Shown here: positions 1-7,853 of the stretch, one piece after another
Layout of the letters: every line of letters starts with the position of its first letter
How positions within the stretch are numbered: position 1 is the stretch's first letter
NCBI GenBank assembly: GCA_020854115.1
Contig: JADZGC010000004.1
Coordinates: 65,665 to 129,664 of the forward strand
Length of the DNA stretch: 64,000 nucleotides
Direction of reading: 5' to 3'
From: a bacterium
GTDB taxonomy: Bacteria > Patescibacteriota > Saccharimonadia > CAILAD01 > GCA-016700035
Made by a program: the position numbers and the translations under genes
Notes under the pieces: model-generated
The model's database searches: none
Told to the model about the DNA's origin: nothing
Seen by the model: only the letters and a program-made list of their open reading frames with translations

Positions 1-881
1 TCTTCTTTATAGCTGACCTTCATGCCCTAAATGCTCGACAAGACCCGGAGTTACTCCGAAGTCGTAGTCTGGATCTTCTGGCATGGCTATTGGCTTTGGG
101 TATTGATGCTGAGACTAACCCTATCTTTGTACAGTCGCAGGTATCGGCTCACGCTGAGCTTGGGTGGATCCTAAATAACTACACCACCATGGGCGAGCTT
201 TCTCGTATGACGCAGTATAAGGATAAGGCTGCAAAATCTGGTGCTGCTGGTCAGCTTGTGGCTCTATTTGACTACCCTGTTTTGATGGCGGCTGATATCT
301 TGCTATATGATGCAGATGAGGTGCCTGTGGGCGACGATCAGACTCAGCATGTTGAGCTGACAAGAGACATTGCAGAACGTATGAACAATCTGTATGGAGG
401 CAATCTGTTTCGCATTCCTACGTTCTCAAAGCCGAATGCTGCGTCGCGCGTTATGATGCTCGATGATCCAACGAAGAAAATGAGTAAAAGTGAGGCGGGG
501 GATGGATGCGTCTATTTGCTTGATACAGAAGAGTCGATAAGGCGTAAGGTGAGTCGGGCCGTAACAGATTCACTGGGCCATGTGTCGTATGATCTTGCGG
601 CCCAGCCAGGCGTTAGTAATCTGTTGGGAATAGAGAGTGAGCTTACGGGTCTGAGTATTGAGGAAGTGCTCCATAAGTATTCAGGCAGTCAGTATGGCGT
701 ACTGAAGCAGGGTGTGGCAAATGCTATTTGTAACGCCCTATTGCCGCTTCAGGAGAAATACAGTGATTTACGAGCAAATGAACGGCTGCTACTGGGTGTA
801 AGTGAAAAAGGTGCTGCTCGAGCTCGAGCGGTCGCCGATAAGAAGCTTGATCAGGTGAAGCGATCACTGGGATTGTTGTAA
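1..881 (+). CDS. trpS: Tryptophanyl-tRNA synthetase, 5'-truncated at window edge (frame open from nt 3; ORF track starts at TTG 90)
   Basis: Frame open from window start gives FFIADLHALNARQDPELL...; class I aaRS KMSKS motif (KKMSKSE); overall TrpRS-like sequence (PVLMAADILLY, VPVGDDQTQH). Confidence 0.9.
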   Translation, partial: FFIADLHALNARQDPELLRSRSLDLLAWLLALGIDAETNPIFVQSQVSAHAELGWILNNYTTMGELSRMTQYKDKAAKSGAAGQLVALFDYPVLMAADILLYDADEVPVGDDQTQHVELTRDIAERMNNLYGGNLFRIPTFSKPNAASRVMMLDDPTKKMSKSEAGDGCVYLLDTEESIRRKVSRAVTDSLGHVSYDLAAQPGVSNLLGIESELTGLSIEEVLHKYSGSQYGVLKQGVANAICNALLPLQEKYSDLRANERLLLGVSEKGAARARAVADKKLDQVKRSLGLL

Positions 882-931
882 AAAATACTCGCATATCAAC
901 AGAGTAGAGTGTCTAAAATTAGTCAAAAATA

Positions 932-960
932 TTGACAAAGCATAAGTACTTTGCTATACT
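932..960 (+). promoter_or_regulatory. sigma70-like promoter TTGACA-N17-TATACT
   Basis: TTGACA 932-937, 17-nt spacer, TATACT 955-960; no coding ORF downstream before terminator at 1434. Confidence 0.45.
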
Positions 961-964
961 GTAC

Positions 965-1455
965 ACAAGTTAGTTCATTCAAAACAAAAACAAAAACAAG
1001 CTTTCCGCAAATTTCTTTTTATCGCTTGAACTCGTAAAAAGCGATGTTTTGTATACAGTAGGGCAACTCCGACCTGCAGACACCCCCCTTGTCTCGGGTC
1101 GGGTTTCCCCTACTGTTCGAGGGAAACCTCAGAAGGCACTCGCAAGAGAGCCACATACCACCCGCTGGATAGTAAGTATCCTCACAAAAGATGACTCCCC
1201 GTAGCGATCTTTTCATACAGGATCTACATCCGTACGGATGGTAGGGAAGCAGCGACAAAATACCCCACAACGTATCGTACCTTCAGTGGAGTATAGAGAC
1301 GCGACCGTTTTTCTAGGTGTAAACTTAGAAAAGCCCCTCGGGGCAGCACGTGCCATATAGATTCGTATCTTTTTAGGGCAGATGTAGCTGCCCCGTAACC
1401 ATTTATGTTTATTCACGCATACTAATATCGAACCCGCCGCAAGGCGGTTTTTTGT
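965..1455 (+). ncRNA. Candidate ~490-nt structured non-coding transcript of unknown class (promoter to intrinsic terminator)
   Basis: Bounded by promoter 932-960 and terminator 1434-1453; no plus-strand ORF >=60 aa; multiple local hairpins (e.g. ggtttccc/gggaaacc 8-bp stem ~1100-1130; gggcag/ctgccc ~1388-1406). Confidence 0.3.
1434..1453 (+). terminator. Rho-independent terminator (CCGCC-GCAA-GGCGG + T6)
   Basis: 5-bp GC stem with GCAA tetraloop followed by TTTTTTGTTT. Confidence 0.6.
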
Positions 1456-1556
1456 TTATGGACATGCGCGTGAGCGAATAGCATACTTAAGCATTAAAAG
1501 AATAAAATATATACTCAAATGGAAAGCAAAAATGACAGTATTAATAAAATAGTTCA

Positions 1557-2000
1557 ATGATCACTACATTGTACTCAGTACAAAAGGTCGATGAACCGTG
1601 CCATAATATGACTATGCGACTTGCAGAAATGAATCGGTTGGTATTGCTATTGTCAGTACTAGTACTTATTGGGTTGCTCGGGATGAGCGTCACATTATTC
1701 TTTTTCTTTGCTATATCGCCTAGAGACATTGGTGGCGTTGGCGTGACGGCTTGGTTTGTCAGTCTTTTTTGCGCCTTAGTTGCAGTACTTACTCTGATTC
1801 GTTACGTATTGCGGGTTCGCAAGGTAGAGTCTCAGTATAGACTCGAGCGGCTGCGCGTGATACTAAGAAGTAGTTTTATTATTAGTCTTTTTTTGGTCAT
1901 AGCATTAGCTATGCAAAGCCTGCGAGCCTTGAGCGCAGGCGATGTAGTACTTTTTCTCCTTACTCTTGCTATAATTGAGATATACTTTCGGACTAAATAA
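1557..2000 (+). CDS. Hypothetical polytopic membrane protein (start uncertain; alternative ATG at 1608)
   Basis: Hydrophobic segments LVLLLSVLVLIGLLGMSVTLFFFFAI / VTAWFVSLFCALVAVLTLI / IISLFLVIALA; ends 3 nt before pheS. Confidence 0.45.
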   Translation: MITTLYSVQKVDEPCHNMTMRLAEMNRLVLLLSVLVLIGLLGMSVTLFFFFAISPRDIGGVGVTAWFVSLFCALVAVLTLIRYVLRVRKVESQYRLERLRVILRSSFIISLFLVIALAMQSLRALSAGDVVLFLLTLAIIEIYFRTK

Positions 2001-2002
2001 TT

Positions 2003-3007
2003 ATGATGAGACTACATAAGAAGCTGGAGAGTCTATCTACAGCTGCTAAAAAAATGATAGCGAGTGCTGATTCTGTAGAAGCGCTTGAAAAAGCGCGAGT
2101 CCAGTTACTGGGCAAGAAGAGTGAATTGGCTAGTATATTATCGCAATTGCCTGACTTGCCAATGCGAGAGCGCAAAGAAATCGGGGCGTTGGCTAATCAG
2201 CTGAGGGCAGACCTAGAGCTGGCCATCGAGCTGCGTACACAGAAGCTTATTGACTCTGTAGATGATGCCTTAAGTTCAATCGATATCTCCGCGCCAGGGG
2301 AGTTGCATATCGTCGAGCCGGGGCACATACATCCAACGCAAGCCATACTCTCCGATATCTATGATATTTTCTTGCGGCTGGGGTTTGCAGTTGCTGATGG
2401 TCCCGAGATTGAGACTGACTGGTACAACTTCGAAGTACTGAATATGCCAGCGGATCATCCTGCGCGCGAGATGCAAGATACTTTCTATATCGAGAGTGAC
2501 GGTAAGCACCCGCCACTTGTGCCGCGCACCCATACGTCTGCCTCCCAGATTCGCTATATGGAGCAAAATGAGCCGCCATTTAAGGTCATTGTGCCGGGTA
2601 GGGTGTACCGTAACGAAGACGAGGACAGAACTCATATTTGGAGCTTTTATCAGGTAGAGGGATTGGTGGTTGGTGAAGGAGTCAGTATGGCCGATCTAAA
2701 GGGGACACTCTTGCATGTCATGAAGGAGTTGTTTGGTCCGCAGACAAAAGTTCGTTTTAGGCCAAGTTATTTCCCATATACAGAGCCATCTGTCGAGATA
2801 GATGTCTGGTATCAAGAATCCTGGCTTGAATTATGTGGGGGGGGTATGGTGCATCCAGAGGTATTACGTCAGGGGGGGATAGATCCAGAGAGGTACTCTG
2901 GCTTTGCTTTTGGGTTTGGGGCTGATCGATTAAGTTTTATTCGTTATGGTCTTCAAGATATACGCGTATTGTGGCGACCTAATCTCTTGATAAGTAAACA
3001 AGTATGA
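2003..3007 (+). CDS. pheS: Phenylalanyl-tRNA synthetase alpha subunit
   Basis: 334 aa; class II aaRS core (FRPSYFPYTEPS, GFAFGFGADRL); stop TGA overlaps pheT ATG (ATGA). Confidence 0.95.
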   Translation: MMRLHKKLESLSTAAKKMIASADSVEALEKARVQLLGKKSELASILSQLPDLPMRERKEIGALANQLRADLELAIELRTQKLIDSVDDALSSIDISAPGELHIVEPGHIHPTQAILSDIYDIFLRLGFAVADGPEIETDWYNFEVLNMPADHPAREMQDTFYIESDGKHPPLVPRTHTSASQIRYMEQNEPPFKVIVPGRVYRNEDEDRTHIWSFYQVEGLVVGEGVSMADLKGTLLHVMKELFGPQTKVRFRPSYFPYTEPSVEIDVWYQESWLELCGGGMVHPEVLRQGGIDPERYSGFAFGFGADRLSFIRYGLQDIRVLWRPNLLISKQV

Positions 3008-5853
3008 AGATAGCTGTCGAAACAATCAATCGATACTTCAAGAAACCTCTATCTACAGATAGAATGGTGAGTTTAATTGAGCGCACAGAAATCGAAGTCG
3101 AAGAAATTTTGTATGCGAATAGGCTTGATCCAAAAATTATCTTAGCTAAAGTTCTGGATGTGTTTCCGCATCCTAATGCAGATCGACTACGACTAGTAGA
3201 TATAGAATATGGTGCGAAGCGACCAACGCGTGTAGTGTGCGGTGCTCCAAATGTAGCAGTCGGGCAGCGCGTAGCCTGGGTGCGACCCGGAGCTACGCTA
3301 CCGGACGGTACGCAGATTGACCAGGCAGTCATTCGCGGTGAGAAAAGCGCAGGAATGCTAGCTAGCGCCAAGGAATTAAGCATATCGGATGACCATTCTG
3401 GAATCGTCGTGCTTGATGAAGTAACCCACTCGCTTGGAACATCATTGTGCGACATTGTATTTTCGACTGACGTCCTGGATGTGAAGACGCCTGCGAACAG
3501 GTGGGATTACCTTAGCGGGGAGGGGATAGCACGTGAGCTGTCTGCATATGATCAGTCAATTCAGCTCCTTTTGCCAGAGCGAGGGGAATATACTTATCAA
3601 GACACCGATGTCGCGAAAGTCAAGGTTAGGGAAGAGAATAAGCGGTTTCTCAGTGCTCGCTTGCGATTAAAGAACGATGTCAAAACACCATCATGGCTTG
3701 TGGATAACTTGCTCGCGAACGGATTTGTGCCACATAATCCAGTCGTCGATATTACGAATTTTGTGATGCTAGAAACCGGACAGCCATCCCATGCCTATGA
3801 TGCGAATAAAGTCCGCGGTCCCCTTACTGTGCGTTTTGCAAAGAGCGGTGAAAAACTTACAACACTTGATGATGTGCATCGTACGCTCATGGATCAGGAT
3901 CTTGTGGTATGTGATGATTCAGGTCCGATCGGACTGGCTGGCGTGATTGGTGGCGCATCGACTCAAATTGACGCCACATCAACAGAAATAATTCTCGAAG
4001 CAGCGCATTGGGATAAGACTCTAGTACGCCGATCATCCATTCGACATGGTATTAGAACGGAAGCCTCGGCTCGCTTTGAGCGCAATCTCCCACTCCCCTT
4101 GCAGCCTTACGCATTTGCGCGCTTACTTGATTTGCTGATCGACATTTGTGGCGCAGAGATTATCGAAGGACCTTTTGACCAATTGCATGCCTGGCCGTGG
4201 CGACGTTTCTTGGGAGTTCGGTTGCGCCGTGCGGAACAATACTTGGGGATGCGGCTAAAGGAAGCGGAGATGGTCAGAGGTTTACGTAGACTTGGATTTG
4301 CTGCGCATCACTTTTCTCTCTCGGCCGAGCTGAAGTCACATCTTGGTAAGCCGTATAAATGGGGCGCAAATTTCCGTCAGGATGGTGAAGAAGCCTTTGA
4401 CTGCTCATACCTGGTAGATCGTTTGTATTCGAAGCTCGGTGTAGCCGTCGGACATACTGCCTTAGGTCAGCTACATCACGGTGAAGAAGTTGACTCAAAT
4501 GATGCATTAAGACCTGGTGACGTTGTGTTTTATGAGGGCAAAATTGAGAATTCTCACACCGACCACTATTACAAGACATTGCCAGATGGCTCGAAGCAGA
4601 AAGTAGTACTCAAGTCACCGGTACGTGTCGGACATAATGGTATATATCTCGGCAACAACCAGGTTATACATGCAGCCATATATAAATTTCGCAATGGGAA
4701 GTGGGTGAAGCGTCGACAGCAAGGGGTGATCATCTCTCCCCTGTCTGAGTTTGTTGATAATCCTGGCTACATCGGTGCGCGTCGCTATATTTCGAGCTTT
4801 AATCATATTATTGCGATCGAAGTCCCCTGGTGGCGAACAGACATTACATCAGAGACTGATATCTTCGAAGAAATGGCAAAGCTAGCGGGGTATGAAAAAT
4901 TGCCAGAAAGCCTACCGCAATTGCCACCTATGCCCGGCACAGCTCAGTCACAACAGGTTGAGAACATGCGGATTCGGCATGGCCTAGTACGCCAAGGTGC
5001 AATCGAGATAAATAGCTACAGCTTTATTTCCGAAGCGGATGTAAAATTGAGTCAAATACCAGAATCTCAAGTATTACGGATAGCGAATCCACGCTCTCCA
5101 GAGCAAGCGTTCGTACGTTCATCAATGCTAGCGAGTCATGCACGATTTTGGGCAAAGCAGTCGGCGCGTGCATCGTCGCTTGGCGCATTCGAGATCTCAC
5201 GTGTGTATGAGGCACAAGGGCTTGTCAAGCAGCCGAAAGAATCTTGGCGCCTGGCGATTAGTGCGCCTGGCGAGCAAGCTCTTCAAAACGTTCAAGGATT
5301 GCTCCATTCCGTGCTGTCAGATATGCGGGCTCAGGTGACGTTTCGGGCTGGTAGGCACGACGCAGACTCGATCAGAGGATTATCTGTGTATGTGCCGCAG
5401 CGCAGCGCCGGTTTGTTCGTCGGCTCGGAGTGGGCTGGTGTGATTGGCCAGCTACGCACTTCAGTACGACGAGGCTTCTCGTTGTCTGCTGATCTAGCGT
5501 ATGCAGAGGTGCTTATTGAGCTACTGGGATCAAGTCCTCGTCCGTATCCGATTAGGGCACTACCGCCCTATCAGCTCGTCACACGTGATATCTCGCTTGA
5601 GGTACCGGTGGGTGTTTGGTGGCAGGAGATTCGAGGCGCACTGCAGTCGGATAAGCATGTGTGGCAGGTGGAGTATCGAGAAAATTATTCGGATAGCATG
5701 CTACAAAAATCAGATAGACGAGTAGTGACCGTGCGACTGTGGCTAGATCTTGGTGCTCAACCAAGCCTTGATCAAATTGACAAGTCGGTGCAACGGGCGG
5801 TCAAGGGTCTTCAGATCCAGCTGAAACAAGCTGGTAAAATCAGCGTTCGATAG
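3004..5853 (+). CDS. pheT: Phenylalanyl-tRNA synthetase beta subunit, 949 aa, carrying an inserted NlpC/P60 domain
   Basis: N-terminal tRNA-binding (Myf) domain (VVCGAPNVAVGQRV...GEKSAGMLAS), B3/B4, B5 (LGVRLRRAEQYLGMRL..), C-terminal FDX-ACB region; about 150 aa longer than typical PheT. Confidence 0.95.
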   Translation: MKIAVETINRYFKKPLSTDRMVSLIERTEIEVEEILYANRLDPKIILAKVLDVFPHPNADRLRLVDIEYGAKRPTRVVCGAPNVAVGQRVAWVRPGATLPDGTQIDQAVIRGEKSAGMLASAKELSISDDHSGIVVLDEVTHSLGTSLCDIVFSTDVLDVKTPANRWDYLSGEGIARELSAYDQSIQLLLPERGEYTYQDTDVAKVKVREENKRFLSARLRLKNDVKTPSWLVDNLLANGFVPHNPVVDITNFVMLETGQPSHAYDANKVRGPLTVRFAKSGEKLTTLDDVHRTLMDQDLVVCDDSGPIGLAGVIGGASTQIDATSTEIILEAAHWDKTLVRRSSIRHGIRTEASARFERNLPLPLQPYAFARLLDLLIDICGAEIIEGPFDQLHAWPWRRFLGVRLRRAEQYLGMRLKEAEMVRGLRRLGFAAHHFSLSAELKSHLGKPYKWGANFRQDGEEAFDCSYLVDRLYSKLGVAVGHTALGQLHHGEEVDSNDALRPGDVVFYEGKIENSHTDHYYKTLPDGSKQKVVLKSPVRVGHNGIYLGNNQVIHAAIYKFRNGKWVKRRQQGVIISPLSEFVDNPGYIGARRYISSFNHIIAIEVPWWRTDITSETDIFEEMAKLAGYEKLPESLPQLPPMPGTAQSQQVENMRIRHGLVRQGAIEINSYSFISEADVKLSQIPESQVLRIANPRSPEQAFVRSSMLASHARFWAKQSARASSLGAFEISRVYEAQGLVKQPKESWRLAISAPGEQALQNVQGLLHSVLSDMRAQVTFRAGRHDADSIRGLSVYVPQRSAGLFVGSEWAGVIGQLRTSVRRGFSLSADLAYAEVLIELLGSSPRPYPIRALPPYQLVTRDISLEVPVGVWWQEIRGALQSDKHVWQVEYRENYSDSMLQKSDRRVVTVRLWLDLGAQPSLDQIDKSVQRAVKGLQIQLKQAGKISVR
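4340..4800 (+). other. NlpC/P60 papain-like cysteine hydrolase domain embedded in PheT (B5 region)
   Basis: GKPYKWGAN...FDCSYLV (Cys), RPGDVVFY, GHNGIYLGNNQVIHAA (His, His), QGVIISPLSEF...YIGARRY aligns motif-for-motif with Spr/MepS-type NlpC/P60. Confidence 0.8.
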
Positions 5854-5935
5854 TACGCCACCCTAGCTTTTGTGAGTTGGCGCGTGCTACTATTATGCAT
5901 AAGCATAACTGGTAAGTGGTGGAAAAATCGCTCAA

Positions 5936-7435
5936 GTGACGGCGACAAGTCAATATAACCGCACGCAGCGTGTCACGCACGCTCATCGATTTGCCCTTCC
6001 TCGGCGGCTGTCAAAGTCTGGGCAAGCACCGAGCAAAACGGCTCGAGTGCTATTTCTGTTGCTCGCTCCGTTATTCATGTTTTTGCTCCTCAACTCCATG
6101 GCGGCAGCCTACACAGAAGGAGTGATGTATCCGGGCGTCTCAATTGCCGGCGTGAATGTATCGGGTTTAACAAAACAGCAGGCGTACACAAAGCTACAAG
6201 CCTTACCACTCGGCCGGTCATATACGATCAAGATCGACGATAAAGTATTCAAAACCACAAATGATGCACTTGGCGCGCGTTATGACTTAGACCGCACGGT
6301 CAATCTAGCGTATTCGTATGGGCGCGATACAAGTTTGCCGCTAGTTGGCCTGATGCGAATTTCTACCGAGAAGTCGCAGCTGAATCTGGCCTATGAGCTT
6401 GATTACAGGCGGCTTCAGAAATTTACCAACCAAGTGGTAGAAACAATTGGCACTCCCCCGAAGAATGCCGCCGTGGTTGTCGAGAATGGTGACATTAAGA
6501 CTGTCCCGGATGCGCCAGGGGTTGGCCTCGATCGTACGGCAGTTACGCGCCTGCTAGCTGATTCGATGGCGGGGGTAAAGGATGCAACTTTTGTGCTGGC
6601 GCCCGAAACGGTACCGGCTGATATTCAGTTGCCACAGACCGAGCCGGCAAAAGAAGAAGTAGCTAGCTACCTCAGTCTCAAGTATGACTTAGTATATGAA
6701 TCCCGACGCTTCATCCCTACCCCAGCAGAGATGGGGTATTGGGTACAGGTTGTACCTGATCGAGAGATTAATGCCTCACAATTGGTTGTCAGAATCAGTG
6801 AGCAGGAAGTACGTGGCTACATGCAGTCGGTTGCGAATCAGATAAACAAGAATCCGGTCAATAAGAAGGTGATTGTCGCGAACGGAAACTCTTCGGTCGA
6901 GCGAGAAGGGCAAGATGGCATCGCCTTAAATCAAGAAGCGGCAGTGCGTGATCTGATGGCTGCCTTGGCTGGTAAGCGAGGGGCAACCATTACACTGAGC
7001 ACTAGCCCTATCCCCTACAAGACCGAGACTACACGCACCGTTAGCTTAGATGCTCCAAAATATATTGAGATCAATCTCTCGTTGCAGCGACTTTGGGCGT
7101 ATGAAAACGGTCAAATGGTCTACTCGAGCCCGATTACCAGTGGGGCAACTGGGGCAGGGCTCGGTACGGTGACAGGATTATTCGCAATCTACTATAAGAC
7201 CACAAACACCTATCTCAATGGTCGATCGTATGGCTATAACTATAATGTGCACGTCAATTATTGGATGCCGTTCTATCTGGGGTATGGATTGCACGATGCA
7301 GCGTGGCGTTCCAGCTTTGGTGGGTCTGATTATTACTATAATGGTTCGCATGGGTGCGTTAATTTACCTGACGCGACGGCAACATTTATATACGCCTGGT
7401 CGGAGGTTGGGACCCCGGTGTGGGTACACAACTAG
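5936..7435 (+). CDS. L,D-transpeptidase (YkuD domain) with VanW-like N-terminal region and N-terminal TM (GTG start)
   Basis: C-terminal YkuD catalytic motif NGSHGCVNLP; N-terminal TM LFLLLAPLFMFLLL; central region resembles VanW-family. Confidence 0.8.
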   Translation: MTATSQYNRTQRVTHAHRFALPRRLSKSGQAPSKTARVLFLLLAPLFMFLLLNSMAAAYTEGVMYPGVSIAGVNVSGLTKQQAYTKLQALPLGRSYTIKIDDKVFKTTNDALGARYDLDRTVNLAYSYGRDTSLPLVGLMRISTEKSQLNLAYELDYRRLQKFTNQVVETIGTPPKNAAVVVENGDIKTVPDAPGVGLDRTAVTRLLADSMAGVKDATFVLAPETVPADIQLPQTEPAKEEVASYLSLKYDLVYESRRFIPTPAEMGYWVQVVPDREINASQLVVRISEQEVRGYMQSVANQINKNPVNKKVIVANGNSSVEREGQDGIALNQEAAVRDLMAALAGKRGATITLSTSPIPYKTETTRTVSLDAPKYIEINLSLQRLWAYENGQMVYSSPITSGATGAGLGTVTGLFAIYYKTTNTYLNGRSYGYNYNVHVNYWMPFYLGYGLHDAAWRSSFGGSDYYYNGSHGCVNLPDATATFIYAWSEVGTPVWVHN

Positions 7436-7462
7436 TAAGAACAGGGTATAATCATAAGCAAT

Positions 7463-7849
7463 ATGCAGTCGACTCAATCCCAATTAGAATTAAGGCCGGT
7501 CGAAGGATCGGCGGAGCGGCAAGGGATGGGCCTTGAGCGATCGACCGAACTGGTGCCGGCTGCGGTAGAGCAGCAGGCGACCCCCCCATCTACGTCGCAC
7601 AATGTTGTCGCTGGAGATCAGGCAGCTACATCTGCCACAGAGAATGCAGCGGAAGTGACGCCGGTCCCCGTCACGTCTCCCCTGTCTGCTATGGACGACG
7701 ATAATATCGAGCCGCAATGGGTAGATGCAGTGGATCGTATTGTTGACGAGAACGGGAATGATCCACGTCAACAAGAAGAGGCTGCTGAGGACCTGAGCCA
7801 AAAATATCTCAAAGAACGTTTTGGGATTGATGTAAAAGAGGCGAGTTAG
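7463..7849 (+). CDS. Hypothetical acidic protein
   Basis: 128 aa, D/E-rich, no recognisable motif; immediately upstream of ATPase gene. Confidence 0.45.
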   Translation: MQSTQSQLELRPVEGSAERQGMGLERSTELVPAAVEQQATPPSTSHNVVAGDQAATSATENAAEVTPVPVTSPLSAMDDDNIEPQWVDAVDRIVDENGNDPRQQEEAAEDLSQKYLKERFGIDVKEAS

Positions 7850-7853
7850 TCGG

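Noticed and set aside
121-363. Minus-strand ORF (80 aa) inside trpS; similar antisense ORFs inside pheT, gyrB, gyrA, infB, priA, ileS etc.
   Set aside because: They fully overlap strongly supported conserved genes on the other strand, have no motifs and are expected by chance.
965-1455. tmRNA, RNase P RNA or 6S RNA as identity of the orphan transcript
   Set aside because: There is no tRNA-like 3' end or tag-peptide ORF (tmRNA) and no P4 consensus GGAAAGTCCGGGC / ACAGAA-CCGGCTTA (RNase P). The length does not fit 6S. It is left as unclassified.
4340-4800. Possibility that the PheT insertion is an intein
   Set aside because: There is no N-terminal Cys/Ser splice junction and no C-terminal HN(C/S/T) block. 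The segment instead matches the NlpC/P60 catalytic motifs (Cys, His, His) in canonical order.
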